Assembly: GCA_028356125.1 (NCBI GenBank)
Contig: JAOMTZ010000007.1
Coordinates: 1,127 to 65,126 of the forward strand
Source of the DNA: Candidatus Poseidoniaceae archaeon
Lineage (GTDB): Archaea; Thermoplasmatota; Poseidoniia; Poseidoniales; Poseidoniaceae
Direction: 5' to 3'
Length of the DNA: 64,000 nt
Shown in pieces: positions 63,978-64,000 of this stretch (the stretch's first letter is position 1; every line of letters begins with the position of its first letter). The position numbers were made by a program, and so were the translations under genes. The notes under the pieces are model-generated. The model did not search any database, was not told the DNA's origin, and was given only the letters and a program-made list of their open reading frames with translations.

Positions 63978-64000
63978 TGTTCCCCAGAAACCAGTACCTA

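Overview
The window is a densely coded (about 90%) stretch of an archaeal chromosome with no rRNA, CRISPR array, transposase or integrase. Archaeal identity rests on Orc1/Cdc6, aIF2-gamma, S6e, RpoK, Dph2, archaeal-type TIM, a complete atpHIKECFABD A-type ATPase operon, smc-scpA-scpB, PurP and the aspartate-semialdehyde-dependent (aroA'/aroB') shikimate route. Metabolic content points to an aerobic heterotroph: SucCD, acyl-CoA dehydrogenase, heme O and heme A synthases, tryptophan 2,3-dioxygenase, NadB, class II HMG-CoA reductase, a cold-shock protein and CrtB/SQS-like synthases. By inference only, this fits a planktonic Thermoplasmatota (marine group II/Poseidoniales-like) genome. One tRNA-Ser(GCU) is present. 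The ORF track uses GTG/TTG as well as ATG starts, so I re-picked several starts by reading the DNA. The loci most worth follow-up are listed below.

- **KaiC-like operon (43.7-47.0 kb):** a lamin-tail-domain protein with a pilin-like anchor is followed by one intact and two decayed KaiC/RecA paralogues. It is divergent from a 984-aa surface protein.
- **Degenerate Orc1/Cdc6-like operon (18.0-20.9 kb):** an AAA+/wHTH protein with Walker A K->R is translationally coupled to a beta-propeller-like protein and a small protein. A TTAACGC repeat array lies upstream.
- **Inactivated site-2 protease homologue (31.6-33.9 kb):** an M50 homologue lacking HExxH and the LDG Asp, with a roughly 400-aa extracytoplasmic extension.
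- **Duplicated-domain membrane protein (56.1-57.8 kb):** a membrane-anchored coiled-coil protein carrying a duplicated 'LxW..DLDLHV..GGELDVDAN' domain.
- **Palindromic element family (10.15-11.28 kb):** repeats with TTTGCATGGGT / ACCCATGCAAA half-sites bracket a lipoprotein gene.
- **Aromatic amino acid operon (57.9-63.5 kb):** an HTH_10 regulator and an aspartokinase are attached to the aro genes.
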